A stretch of DNA of 64,000 nt from Candidatus Bathyarchaeota archaeon (GCA_963714275.1 CAVQNT010000006.1:224001-288000), one strand, 5' to 3'; shown: positions 51,109 to 62,370, counted from the first letter of the stretch. Notes: a model not told the origin generated them from the letters alone. Translations and numbers: made by a program.

Positions 51109-51393
51109 GTGCGGAAACGGGACGAAGTCGTCTTATGGTCTGTTTATTTTGATTCAACGAGAACTAGGGCTGAAGGAAGAAAGATTCCTAGAAGGCTCGC
51201 AAAACCAGCTCCGACATTAGACATGGTTGGGAAGGCGGTCGGAAATTTAGGTCATTCGTATGAGGTTGTTTCTGAAGCTGCCCACCCTCGTTTTCATTGG
51301 AAAAAGACTGGTTTCATACTTGTTAAGAAAACGAAGCCTAAAAACCAGCTTATCTTGGAAGTTGCTCAGGAAATTTCGAGACTTGTGGTCTGA
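51109..51393 (+). CDS. srp19: Signal recognition particle 19 kDa protein
   Basis: VLWSVYFDSTRTRAEGRKIP, HPRFHW...G. Confidence 0.92.
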   Translation: MRKRDEVVLWSVYFDSTRTRAEGRKIPRRLAKPAPTLDMVGKAVGNLGHSYEVVSEAAHPRFHWKKTGFILVKKTKPKNQLILEVAQEISRLVV

Positions 51394-51464
51394 ATTTCAA
51401 ATAAGAAACGTTTATATAACAAGGTTGGTGTCTTTTCGTTACTTGTTTTTGTGGAGCTGACGAT

Positions 51465-51722
51465 TTGAGGAGAATAGGGCAAGTCATTCATATCAGTCCA
51501 GGCGGAAAAGCCATTGTGAAGGCTGAGATAACTCCAAGAATCGGCGAAACAGCTTTAGACGAAAAGAACAGACAGGTGGGAAGAATTTTCGACATCATTG
51601 GACCCACTGTTTCTCCATACGTCGAACTCAACCTTAGCGTTGAGGACCCCCAAAGCATCGTTGGAAGCTTTCTTTACATTCCTTCTTCACAGAATCATAA
51701 GAAATGGAGCAAAAAAAGATGA
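51465..51722 (+). CDS. gar1: H/ACA RNP component Gar1
   Basis: [25 protein letters not shown]; conserved position upstream of tfb. Confidence 0.88.
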   Translation: MRRIGQVIHISPGGKAIVKAEITPRIGETALDEKNRQVGRIFDIIGPTVSPYVELNLSVEDPQSIVGSFLYIPSSQNHKKWSKKR

Positions 51723-52666
51723 GTGTAAAAAAGAATTTGGCTACTACTCCCGGACTCAGGGACATCCAGCGATGTTCTGAATGTGGTGGGACAAGGCTGA
51801 TGAGAGACTACGAGTCAGCTGAGGTTGTGTGTATGGACTGCGGGTTCGTGCTTGACATGAAACTGACGGATCAGGGACCTGAGTGGAGAGCGTTTGACAC
51901 TGAACAAAGAGAAAAGAGGGCTCGAACAGGCGCTCCAGTGACGTTCACGATTCACGACAAAGGGCTTTCAACGATGATCGACTGGCATGACCGAGACATC
52001 TATGGCAAAAAATTCTCAGCAGGCCAGAAGGCTCAGATCTACCGTTTAAGGAAGTGGCAAAGACGGATCAGGGTTTCCGACGCAATGGAGCGGAACCTTG
52101 CCTTCGCTCTTTCCGAAATCACAAAGATAGCCAACAACCTTTCATTGCCTAAGAGCATTTTTGAAACAGCCTCCGTCATTTACAGGAAAGCAGTGAAGGA
52201 AAGGCTCATTCGCGGACGGTCAATTCAGGGAATCAGCGCAGCCTCCGTGTACATCGCGTGCAGACAGTGCGGGCTTGCTAGGACTCTTGAGGAAATCTCT
52301 AAGGCGTCAAACGTCAGCAAAAGAGAAGTGGGGCGGAGCTACCGTTTCCTCGTCAAGGAGCTCGATTACTTCATCCCTCCTGTTCGGGCAAACCAGTATG
52401 TTTCAAAGTTTTCGAATCAGCTAACGATGCAGGGAAAAGTTGAGGAAATAGCCAACAAGATACTCGTGACAGCAGGAGACCTCGAGCTAACATCAGGCAG
52501 AGGACCCACAGGCATAGCTGCAGCTGCGAGCTACATTGCCTCAGTTCTGGTCGGAGAAAGAAGGACTCAAAGGGAAATTGCCGAGATTGCGAAAGTGACG
52601 GAAGTCACTATAAGAAATAGGTATAAAGAACTCGTCGAGTGTCTACTCTTCAACATGGACCTCTAA
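51704..52666 (+). CDS. tfb: Transcription initiation factor B
   Basis: Zn ribbon [45 protein letters not shown]. Confidence 0.97.
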   Translation: MEQKKMSVKKNLATTPGLRDIQRCSECGGTRLMRDYESAEVVCMDCGFVLDMKLTDQGPEWRAFDTEQREKRARTGAPVTFTIHDKGLSTMIDWHDRDIYGKKFSAGQKAQIYRLRKWQRRIRVSDAMERNLAFALSEITKIANNLSLPKSIFETASVIYRKAVKERLIRGRSIQGISAASVYIACRQCGLARTLEEISKASNVSKREVGRSYRFLVKELDYFIPPVRANQYVSKFSNQLTMQGKVEEIANKILVTAGDLELTSGRGPTGIAAAASYIASVLVGERRTQREIAEIAKVTEVTIRNRYKELVECLLFNMDL

Positions 52667-52944
52667 CTGAATGTCTTTTTTAAAGTTTCGTTTCCATCAA
52701 TATTGTTGTGTGTTTCTTCCGTATTTCTAAGTAACAAATTTTTTGTTACAAGTTTTGGCTAGTGTATCCCAAAAAAGACATTAGCCAGATTGTTCATAAT
52801 TTTCGTAAACCATAAGAATTAAATACTATGTAATTAGAAAAAAACATCTACGAATATAGTAAATGAAGATCATAACGATAAAAATATATTCAAATCCAAC
52901 GTAAAAGGACACTTTAATGAACGGGAAGCTGGTTGCGGTAAAGT

Positions 52945-55900
52945 TTGGAGATAAAAATTCGAGGCGCAAGCGAACACAACCTGAAAGACGTAGACATCGA
53001 CATCGGCGACGGATTGACCGTTGTGACGGGAGTTTCAGGTTCAGGAAAAACCTCGCTCGTGTTCGACACCTTATACCATGAGGCTAGACGCCGATTCCTC
53101 GAAGTCTTCTCCAAAGGCAACTTCGCCTCGAAACTGTCGCCAGCCAACGTGCAATCCATAAATGGCATGGGACCAGCGGTCGCGGTGGGACAAAATCTCC
53201 TTAACCGTAACCCATTCTCGACTTTGGCCACAGCTTCAGGGCTGCACCCGTTCTTCAGGTTGCTTTACGCTAGATTCGGGACGCAGTACTGCCCACGTTG
53301 CGACGCTGAAATCTCTATCTTGTCTGAAGATGAGACTGTTGAACGACTATTGTCCATGGCTAAGCAGGAACAAGTCACGGTTTACGCACCTTTGGTTCGT
53401 GGTGCAAAAGGAAGCCACCGTACGCTGCTCAAGCTTCTCGCAGACCAATTCGGGAACGAGGTTCTATTTGTGGACGGGGAAAAGTGGCAGGAACAGACTC
53501 TTGATCCAAGAGAGCCTCATGGCATCGATGTAGAAGTCGGAGAGGTTAATGGTGAAACTTCTGCACAGATTGTTCGGCAAATCGTCCAGAAGGTTGCTGC
53601 ACTTGGGGGAAATGTAGTAAGAGCTCATTCAGCCAGTGCCGAGGTTACGCTTTCACGGGTTTTAACTTGCTATAAATGTGGAGAATGGTTTTCCGTCCTT
53701 GAACCTGTGCATTTCCACACGCCTTGCCCGCACTGCAAAGGGAAGGGATGTCAGCATTGCGGACAAACTGGGCTGCACCCGAGGGCTGCTTCCATCCGTT
53801 GGAAAGGACTGCGGTTGCCTGAACTTCTAGATTTATCGGTCGATGAAGCGTACAATCTTTTTGCTTGTTCGGAACTGCCTTCGTCTGCCTCAAGGTTAAT
53901 GTCCGAAATATCGCGTAGACTCGACGCATTGTTGACTGTGGGTTTAGGGTATGTCCAGCTCGACAGACCATCTCCGACGTTGTCGCGAGGAGAGTCGCAA
54001 AGGGTACGGCTTGCGGTTTCCTTAACCAGCCAGTTGGAGGACATCATCCATGTTCTTGACGAGCCGACCATCGGTCAACATCCAGCGGACATTGTCAGAT
54101 TACTTCCAGCCTTCAGAAAGCTTCACGGACCCGTCATCTACGTTGAGCACGACAGAGTCGCAGCTGCACTGCTGATACAACCATCGACATCGGTCCCGGA
54201 GCTGGAAATGAAGGTGGCCAAATCGTTTTTACGGGAACCCCATTGGAGCTTTGGAAGGCAGACACGGCGACGGGGCGATACTTCAGTTTCAGAGACAATG
54301 TACCTGTGCCTAAAGCACGTTCCGAACCTGAAATGTTTATCGTCATTCGTGGAGCAAGTGAACATAACCTGCAAAACATTGACGCCCCGATTCCTGTTGG
54401 CAGACTCACAGTTATAACTGGGGTTTCTGGTTCTGGAAAAAGCACGTTTGTTGAGGAAGTATTGGTTCCATCGCTTAAGAACCAGAAGCCGGTGGGTTGT
54501 GTCGCTGTTGATGGTCCCAAGTTAAAACCTGTGTTGGTGGACCAAAGCCCTATTGGGAGGAATCCGCGGTCCAATCCTGCCACTTATACTAAGCTTTCTA
54601 ATGTCATCAGAGACTTATTCGCCAATGCAACAGGGCTTTCAGCTTCCCATTTCTCATTCAACCGTCCTGAAGGAGCGTGCCGAAGATGCAAAGGCATAGG
54701 AGCCATAGAGGTCAGGATGAGGTTTTTACCCTCAACGTGGATTCCGTGTTCTGAATGCGAAGGCCAACGGTTCACAGACAAGGTACTGTCAGCTGGCGTC
54801 AGGTTTGAAAACGCTGAGTTGTCAATTGCGGATTTTTACAAGCCTGTCGATTTCCCAAGTCGACTCTCTGTTAAGGAAGGACCGAAGACTTTCAATAGCG
54901 GAGCACAGGACTGCTGTCCGAGTCCTTGACGCATTAGAAACGGTTGGGCTAGGATACCTGAGACTAGGACAGCCTTCTCCCACGCTTTCTGGTGGAGAGG
55001 CGCAACGTGTCAAGATGGTAAAGTTTCTCGGCAGGGGAATGCTTGCGGATCGGGTGCTTGTTCTTGATGAGCCTTCGACTGGGTTGCATCCTAAGGACCT
55101 TTCAGGTTTACTTAAGGTTCTTGACCGTCTTGTCCGAACTGGAGCCACCATTGTGGTTGTTGAACACAACACCGATGTAATTCGTGCGGCAGACTGGATT
55201 ATCGATTTGGGTCCCGGAGCTGGACCGAAGGGAGGAAAAGTCATCTACGCGGGACCACCAGCCGAGCTGCCACAAGTTAATAATTCTATTACTGGCCAAT
55301 TCTTGAAACAAGAAGCATCCATTTACCCTAATGCTGGTGAACAAAAAATTAAGTTTGCTGCTTCAAGGTGTATTTCTATCAGGAACGCTCAAGCAAACAA
55401 CCTCAAGAACGTAGACATTGATTTCCCTAAAGATGCATTCACGGTTGTGACAGGCGTTTCAGGTTCAGGCAAGTCCAGTCTTATTCGCGACATTCTTGAA
55501 GCGGAAGCGAAACGAAGGTTTCTGGAAACCCTTTCCATGTACGAAAGGCAGGGAACTCACGAAGGACCAGAGGCTCTCGTTGACTCTGTCGCTGGACTGG
55601 GCGTCTCAGTTTTCGTTTCATCAAGCAGCGGACCTTACGGGCGCCGGTCAACTGTTGGAACAATTTCAGAAATCTTGCATCACTTGGCTATCTTGTTGGC
55701 TACGGTTGGCGAAAGGGTCTGCCTGAATTGTGGAGTCACGATGAAACGCAACGAAGAATGGGATTGCCCCGCTGCCATAGTAAAGCTCCTATAGCAAAAC
55801 CTCGTCACTTCTTTTCTTCCACCTATGCTGCTGCCTGCCAAAAATGTCACGGTGTAGGAACAGTTCAGGTTCCTGTTCCAGAAAAACTCATCATCCACCC

Positions 55901-57806
55901 AGAGAAGCCACTTTGTAATGGCGCAATGTATTCTCCGGGCTTCTTCCCAAAAGGCTACCTCTGCAAGCCCTACAATGGTGGACACTACATTGTTCAGGCA
56001 GTGGCAAGGCGCTACGGGTTTGACCCGTCGACGACCCCGTGGAACAAGATGACCGTTGAGGCGCAAAAAGCGTTCTTGTTCGGTGACTCGGAACCTTTGA
56101 ACGTGATTTTTGAGAGCCACAAGAGACCGCCTACAACGCGTAAGCTCGTTTTCCACGGCTTCTACGGTTGGGTTGGAGACTGGGATGTTGGAGGAACCTA
56201 CACTAGGACAAGTCCCTGCCCGCAATGCAACGGAAGCGGGTTCAAACCTGAGTATTTGGCTGTGAAACTTGGCAGCTACAATGTTCAGGAACTTGACGCA
56301 ATGTCGCTGACAAGGCTCGCTCAAGTTATCGATGAGATACCGGTTCCAGATTTTGACCCATTTCATATTGAAGGCAGCTTACATACGATACGGAAGCGTC
56401 TCCGCTTTCTTCTTCAAGTCGGGCTTGGCTATCTGAGCTTAAGCCAGGTTTTTGGCACGTTGTCCGCTGGGGAGGCGCAAAGGATTCGGCTTGCTGGTTT
56501 ATTAGGCAGTGGGCTGACATCCTTGACGGTTCTTGTTGATGAGCCGACTCGTGGGATGCATCCTTCCGAGGTTGAAGCGTTAGTGGAAGCTTTGTTGGAA
56601 CTGCGGAACGAAGGAAACACCGTCATCGCTGTTGAGCATGACCCGGTCGTAATTCAACGTGCTGATCAGCTGATTGACATGGGACCTGGAGCTGGCGTCA
56701 ATGGCGGAAAAGTTGTGGCAGCGGGAGCTCCAAACGTGGTTTCCAGAAGCGGAACTTTGACTGCCAAGTGGTTGCTTGGCGAAAGGAGAATCAACGTGAA
56801 AAGGAAAAGGCGTTCTCCAAAGGGTTGGCTGACAATTAAAGGTGCCTGCGCGAACAACCTGAAGGGTGAAACCATCCAGATTCCGTTGGGAACGCTGGTT
56901 GGAGTTTGCGGAGTCTCGGGTTCTGGTAAGAGCACCCTTTTGATTGATACGGTTGGGCGCGTGTTGGCTCCGAGAAACATTACTACAAGCGTTGCCCATG
57001 AACCGATTGAGCCAGGCAAACATGACGCCATTGAAGGAGCGCCCTTCAAAACCATTCTTCTAGATCAGTCTCGGGGAGGAATTCGAAGTCCAGGCGAGTT
57101 TCTCAACCTTTTCCAGCCGCTTCTTCGTCTCTTTGCGGAGAGTGAGGATGCTAAGGCACTGGGACTTGATGAAAGAACGCTTTCTAGACCATGTGAAACG
57201 TGCGGAGGCGGCGGATTAATACGTTTAGACATGGGGTTCCTGCCTGACGTGTCTAACGTTTGCGAGTCCTGTCACGGAACTGGTCGACGCCCAGAAGCCA
57301 GAGAAGTACGCGTCAAAGGTGTGGCTTACTCTGAGTTAAGCGGTTTAGCGATTGACGAAGTTTATAATCTGTTTGGTGATGAAGAGTCGTTGTCAAGAAA
57401 ACTGAAGGCAGCTAAAGACGTGGGCTTGGGGTATCTGGTCCTTCGTCAACCGGGATACACGTTGTCAGGTGGTGAAGCGCAACGGTTAAGGATTGCTGTG
57501 GACCTTTCCCAAAAGACAAACGATAAGATGTTGTACATTCTTGATGAGCCAACGGTTGGTCAACACATGGAGGACGTGGATAGGCTGATCGGAGTATTGC
57601 ATAGGCTTGTAGACGAGGGACACAGCGTAATCGTCATTGAACACCATCCGCACCTGCTTGCTGCTTGTGACTGGCTCATTGAGCTGGGTCCAAGCGGCGG
57701 ACCGGAAGGCGGACGGGTCATCGCTTGTGGGACGCCTGAGGAAGTAGCCAAAATGCATACTCCAACAGCACCCTATCTCAATGATGTGCTGGAGGGTAAA
57801 CTATGA
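52945..57806 (+). CDS. Tandem (double-length) UvrA-like ABC ATPase, ~1620 aa, four nucleotide-binding domains (3 frameshifts)
   Basis: Four GVSGSGK(T/S) Walker A motifs, four LS(R/G/A)GE(S/A)QR signatures, four DEP Walker B motifs, multiple CxxC zinc modules; the ORF pieces join by single-base repairs. Confidence 0.88.
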
Positions 57807-58840
57807 GTTGGGCTTCTCTTCTTTTGGCTGATCCTTCGCCGTGTTTACGTACTCTGGTTCTGAAGGAGTTATTGCATCGGTCTGATAGCGACCCTGAGGT
57901 TCAGGAGCTTACGGTTTTGCGTGAAACTGATCCGATTGTTACTCGGCTGTTGTCTCTGCAATCTGAAGATGGGTCTTGGGGCGAAGAAGCTTTGGGGGGA
58001 AACGTGCCGGGAGGCAGGATTCAGGCAACATCTCAAGCCTTGACTAGACTCGGTTATCTCGGGTTTGGCTCAGAACACAAGTCTGTACAGAAAGGTGCTG
58101 AGTTCCTTTTTTCAAAACAAAATAACGATGGTTCTTGGCATCGTCCCAGCGAGGTTGAAAAGGAGGAAACAGCAAAGGAAAGCTACACAATGATGCCTCT
58201 TCAGACCGCGTTGCCTTTACGTGGATTAGCAGAATGCGGATACGCAACGGATGAAAGGGCGGAACAGGCATACGATTGGCTCTTAAAACAAAGGCTTGAA
58301 GACGGGTCTTGGCCGACTGGGAAGGCAGGAAACGTTTTTGGTTATGTGGCGGGGTACCGCAGGTTGGCTCATACACGTTGGGGTTGCCGAAGCAACACTA
58401 CAGCTTCGTTAATTTGCTTCGCCTTGCATCCGAAGCGCCGTTTCAGCAACGAAGCGCAGAGGGCTTTGGACCTTTTGCTGGGGCGCGAGACGCGTGAAAG
58501 GCAGAACATCGGATTCGAGATAGCGAGAATCGTCGGCGTTGAGGTTCCGAGCGGTTTTATTACATTCTTTGCGAAGTACGATTTAGCTCTTATTCTGGAT
58601 ATTTGCTGGAGGGTTGGTGCAGACCTAGGCGATGAACGGGTCGCTGAAATAGTTGATTACATCAAGCAGTCGCAGGGGCCTTACGGACTTTGGGACTACG
58701 TTCCTCGTCCAGAAGCCTCCCACTGGGTCACTTTTGACCTCCTCCGTTCGCTTTCTCGCCTAGACAAAGAGACAGACTGGTTGAGCTTGGAACCTCGTAC
58801 ACCGTTCGCTGCTTATCTTAGGCGACCCAAAAGGTTTTAG
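57803..58840 (+). CDS. Prenyltransferase/squalene-cyclase-repeat (alpha-alpha toroid) protein
   Basis: QW-like repeats LSLQSEDGSW, FSKQNNDGSW, LKQRLEDGSW, KQSQGPYGLW; ATGA overlap with the UvrA-like gene. Confidence 0.78.
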   Translation: MSWASLLLADPSPCLRTLVLKELLHRSDSDPEVQELTVLRETDPIVTRLLSLQSEDGSWGEEALGGNVPGGRIQATSQALTRLGYLGFGSEHKSVQKGAEFLFSKQNNDGSWHRPSEVEKEETAKESYTMMPLQTALPLRGLAECGYATDERAEQAYDWLLKQRLEDGSWPTGKAGNVFGYVAGYRRLAHTRWGCRSNTTASLICFALHPKRRFSNEAQRALDLLLGRETRERQNIGFEIARIVGVEVPSGFITFFAKYDLALILDICWRVGADLGDERVAEIVDYIKQSQGPYGLWDYVPRPEASHWVTFDLLRSLSRLDKETDWLSLEPRTPFAAYLRRPKRF

Positions 58841-58867
58841 CTTCAAAAAAGGCTTCATTGTTTAAGT

Positions 58868-59361
58868 TTATGTTTTTCCATATTTTCTGAATAGCGCTAT
58901 GCTTAGGACTAGGACGAGAATGCTGGAAACTGTGACTGTTAAGGCGTCAAACAGTATTGTTGGGCTTGATGGAGATGCGCCCATGAGAAACAGCGACATT
59001 AATGCGTCAGTGACGTAATAGCTCGGTATGAACTTTGCTACTTCCTGCATCATCGATGATGTATTGAACGAAATGTACGTTCCCAGAAGCATCTGGGGAA
59101 TTATGAACAAGAAAGCAGCGCCAGTAGCTGTGCTTGAGGGTTTGACTAGGGTTGCAGCGACAAGTCCGAATCCGACGCAGTAAAATGAGAACACTGAAAG
59201 AATGATGAAAGCCATGACATAGCTTACTGGAGTGATGGCTGGTCGGAAGCCCACAAGGTAGGTTGAAATGAAGACGATTGCCACCTGTGTGACCGCTGTA
59301 ACGTCGTTATATTTTTTGTCAAGTTCTCGATGATTAAGGCTTTTTCTTTTGGTGTAGGCAT
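58868..59361 (-). pseudogene. Internally deleted ABC-2 exporter operon remnant (ATPase N-terminus joined to permease C-terminus)
   Basis: ATG 59361 gives MPTPKEKALIIENLTK(K)YNDVTAV, then directly TQVAIVFISTYLVGF...PQMLLG...FIPSYYVTDAL. Confidence 0.6.
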
Positions 59362-59417
59362 GTTTCTCTGAACAACTTTTGGCACGGTAATTAAATCTTT
59401 TTTGGGATTTTGTCGCT

Positions 59418-59879
59418 TTATAGACTATTCTGTCTAATCATTTCAACGAACTTGGCATACAATTTGTTAAAGAATTCTTTTTCTAATTGAGGTCCTTTAC
59501 CAATACCGGGACATTCGTTAGTGTAGTTAAAAGCATATTTTTTGGTTCCCTGAAAATCCAACTTAAGTGGGTAGAACCTGCAGATTAAGGGTCTTGCGCC
59601 ATAGATTGTGCACAGGTTGTTACTCAAAAAGACGCACTTGCCATCAGAGGTTTTCCTCATAATGAAAGCATATGGCTTTACACCTTCTTTTCTATGTGCG
59701 AAATCGGAAATTTTTTTCGAAGTTATCTGTGAAATTCTTTCAGCCTCACTTTTTAGTAACAGAATCATTCGGCGTTTGGTTTCTGTGTTTCCGCAACATA
59801 TGGCACATCGGCTGCATTCGAAATGAACATCTTGTGGAAACGTGAACTTCCTAGAGTCGACGGGAATAGGCGTCACCAA
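59418..59879 (-). CDS. YkgJ-family cysteine-cluster (Zn/Fe-S) protein
   Basis: FECSRCAICC, CVFL...CTIYGARPLICRFYP, CPGIG. Confidence 0.88.
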   Translation of the reverse strand: MVTPIPVDSRKFTFPQDVHFECSRCAICCGNTETKRRMILLLKSEAERISQITSKKISDFAHRKEGVKPYAFIMRKTSDGKCVFLSNNLCTIYGARPLICRFYPLKLDFQGTKKYAFNYTNECPGIGKGPQLEKEFFNKLYAKFVEMIRQNSL

Positions 59880-60305
59880 GACCCTTTTTCGTCTTCAGCA
59901 AACTAGCTTCATCATTGAACAGTATATAATTTTGTGTTATGTGCAACTTTTTAGTCGTTCAAACAAGGCTTGATTCGTTGCTACCTGAGATAATGGCACG
60001 ATTGCTTGGATAGGCTCTGTCTTGTTCAACATCCGAGTTTCATTTTTGAACAAAAAACAGCATTACCTAAGATCCGTCTGGTTTGTGTGACCTTCGAGTT
60101 TCAATTTTGTATGACATACCGCAACAAAAAGACTTTCTGTTTTTGTGACAATAGCCATTATCCGTTGAGTCCTGTCCTGATTTGCGGCATACCCGTTCTG
60201 TTGTTTTTGGGGCGCAAACACTGGTGACCATTTGTTAGGAACCTTTTTTAGGGTTATGTGAAGTTAACTGCATATCATTATTAACTCAGACGGAGCGCAA
60301 CCAAG

Positions 60306-61700
60306 ATGAACGTGGTGGTCATAATTCTTGATAGTTTCCGGCAAGACCACACAAGCTTCTACAACCATAAGCACCCCGTTTTCAGCGGCGTTCGTCCATG
60401 CAAGACGCCGAACATCGACGGTTTCGCGGAACAATGCATCGTCTTCGAGAACGCCTACCCAAGCGGACTGCCGACAATCCCCGTGAGAACCGAGCTCATG
60501 ACGGGTCACGACACGCTTCCCTTCAAGCCATGGGAACCTCTTGGTCCCCGAGAAATAACAGCAACCGACATTCTCAGGCGCGAAGGATATATCTGCGGCA
60601 TGGTTTCAGACAACTACCATTACCGGGCTCCAGGCATGAATTTCCATAGGAGCTTCCATGCTTATCGCTGGGTTCGTGGCCAAGAATACGACTCGTACGC
60701 TTCGCACGTGTCCAAACGGAGGTTGAACGATTACGTGAATGCGAACTATTCCGAGGCTTGGAGAAGTAGGATTCACCAGTTCTTGGCTAATACTGACGAT
60801 TTTGGGAAAGAGGAAGACTGGTTTCCAGCCAAAGTCGTAGAAGAGTCCGTTGACTGGCTTAAAAAGAACAGAGTTCACAAAAACGTTTTCTTGTGGATCG
60901 ACTCGTTTGACCCGCATGAGCCTTGGGATCCACCTCGAAGGTTCGACACGTACACTGACCCAGGCTACAGGGGGAAAAGGTTGATTATGCCAATGGGAGG
61001 AAAAGCGTCTGACTGGGCAACAGAAGCCGAAATCCGCTATATCCGTGGACTTTACGCGGGCGAAGCCTCCTTCGTTGACCACTGCTTGGGAAAATTGTTC
61101 TCTAAGCTGGAGGAGCTCGGGTACTACGACGATTCGATCATAGTATTGTTAGCTGACCACGGTCACCCGCTAGCTGACCACGGAAAGTTTCTGAAGGGAA
61201 CCGACCGACTTTACAATGAGCTCCTGAAAATACCGTTCATGGTGCGGATGCCGGGTGGAGAAAAAGCCAGATGGTCGAAGGCGATTGTGCAGTTTCCAGA
61301 CGTTTTGCCCACAATTTTGGACACCGTTGGGCTGGGAAACAATGCTTATTCGATGCATGGCAAAAGTTTCCTTTCCGTCCTCAACGCCGAAACGGACAAG
61401 CACCGAAAAGCCGTAATAATGGGCTACTATGAAGGCGTGGACCGCTGTGTAAGAGATAACCTGTGGAGTGACATTCAACGCCCCGAAGGCGAACCCGACG
61501 AACTCTACAACCTGAGCGAAGACCCGAAAGAAGCGGTCAACCTTGTCGACAAACGTCCCGAAGAAGCCCAGAGGTTGTCATCGCTCTTCGGTCAACACTA
61601 TCGCCACTTACCAACAAAAACAATAAAGGGCGTACAAGGACGATACGAACTGGCATCAGGAACAACGGAATATACAGATAGAACCTTACAACATGTTTAG
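60306..61700 (+). CDS. Sulfatase-like hydrolase (alkaline phosphatase superfamily)
   Basis: ILDSFRQDH, KTPNID, TIPVR...MTG, FDPHEPW, LADHG, LYNELLKIP, ELYNL..DP.E..NL. Confidence 0.88.
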   Translation: MNVVVIILDSFRQDHTSFYNHKHPVFSGVRPCKTPNIDGFAEQCIVFENAYPSGLPTIPVRTELMTGHDTLPFKPWEPLGPREITATDILRREGYICGMVSDNYHYRAPGMNFHRSFHAYRWVRGQEYDSYASHVSKRRLNDYVNANYSEAWRSRIHQFLANTDDFGKEEDWFPAKVVEESVDWLKKNRVHKNVFLWIDSFDPHEPWDPPRRFDTYTDPGYRGKRLIMPMGGKASDWATEAEIRYIRGLYAGEASFVDHCLGKLFSKLEELGYYDDSIIVLLADHGHPLADHGKFLKGTDRLYNELLKIPFMVRMPGGEKARWSKAIVQFPDVLPTILDTVGLGNNAYSMHGKSFLSVLNAETDKHRKAVIMGYYEGVDRCVRDNLWSDIQRPEGEPDELYNLSEDPKEAVNLVDKRPEEAQRLSSLFGQHYRHLPTKTIKGVQGRYELASGTTEYTDRTLQHV

Positions 61701-62115
61701 ATTATTTCATAGCTTACATTGTTTCCTTCTCGATCAAGTACAATAATGTCTTGTTCTGACTTGTAAGGATAAGTCGACTGATGATCATGACTCTCCCGTA
61801 GAAGTGGTTCAAATCCGTTGTTGACGGTCTTAGTGCGCCTGAAGGATGAGAATGCATCGTGCCTACAATAGAGAAATCGATCGATAACATGTGCAACGGA
61901 AAATTGGAGAAACCTGAACCACGAACGGACAAGGGAGGAATCACAACCTCCTCGATTATGGTCTTGTCTTTCCGTAACTTTCCCCTTAGAAGCAGTATTC
62001 CCTCTTTAGGATGGCAAGCTTTGGCGTAATCTAGGACGCTTTCCATGACCTGCCTTTCTATGCGAACCAGAAGATTCAAAAAAGAAACCTCCAACAATGG
62101 ACAACAAAGTTCCAA
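61697..62115 (-). CDS. JAB1/MPN/Mov34 (JAMM) domain metalloprotease (frameshift near the C-terminus; start uncertain)
   Basis: HPKE...LLRG, GTMHSHPSG...PSTTDL JAMM motif. Confidence 0.85.
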
Positions 62116-62188
62116 CCGTAAAGATAAATATTTTCAAAAACCCCAAAAAAACCGAATAGGCGTTCAAAAAACTTTATAGAAGAATTTA

Positions 62189-62262
62189 TGGACTGGGGGG
62201 GATTTGAACCCCCGGCCTCCGCCGTGCGAGGGCGGCATTCATCCAGGCTGAACTACCAGCCC
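62189..62262 (-). tRNA. tRNA-Ala(CGC), CCA not encoded
   Basis: Reverse complement GGGCTGG...CCGCC CT CGC AC GGCGG...GGTTCAAATCC...CCAGTCC-A, with the G3:U70 alanine identity pair. Confidence 0.95.
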
Positions 62263-62370
62263 TTATTATTTAACAGAAAAGTCGGTTGGATTTAAGCCTT
62301 TTATGGTTTATTGTCAGGGAATTCCGAAACAATAATGTTCGTTGATGTGTAGTTTCTTGTTGAGATTGGG

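Noticed and set aside
57803-58840. Squalene-hopene cyclase / hopanoid synthesis in an archaeon
   Set aside because: Only one barrel (345 aa) and no DxDD protonation motif.
59880-60305. Unassigned spacer with short ORFs on both strands
   Set aside because: No recognisable motifs, repeats or RNA fold; cannot support a call.
61697-62115. JAB protein as part of a CBASS or ubiquitin-like defence operon
   Set aside because: No cyclase, E1/E2 or Ubl gene adjacent; it looks like the common stand-alone archaeal JAMM protein.
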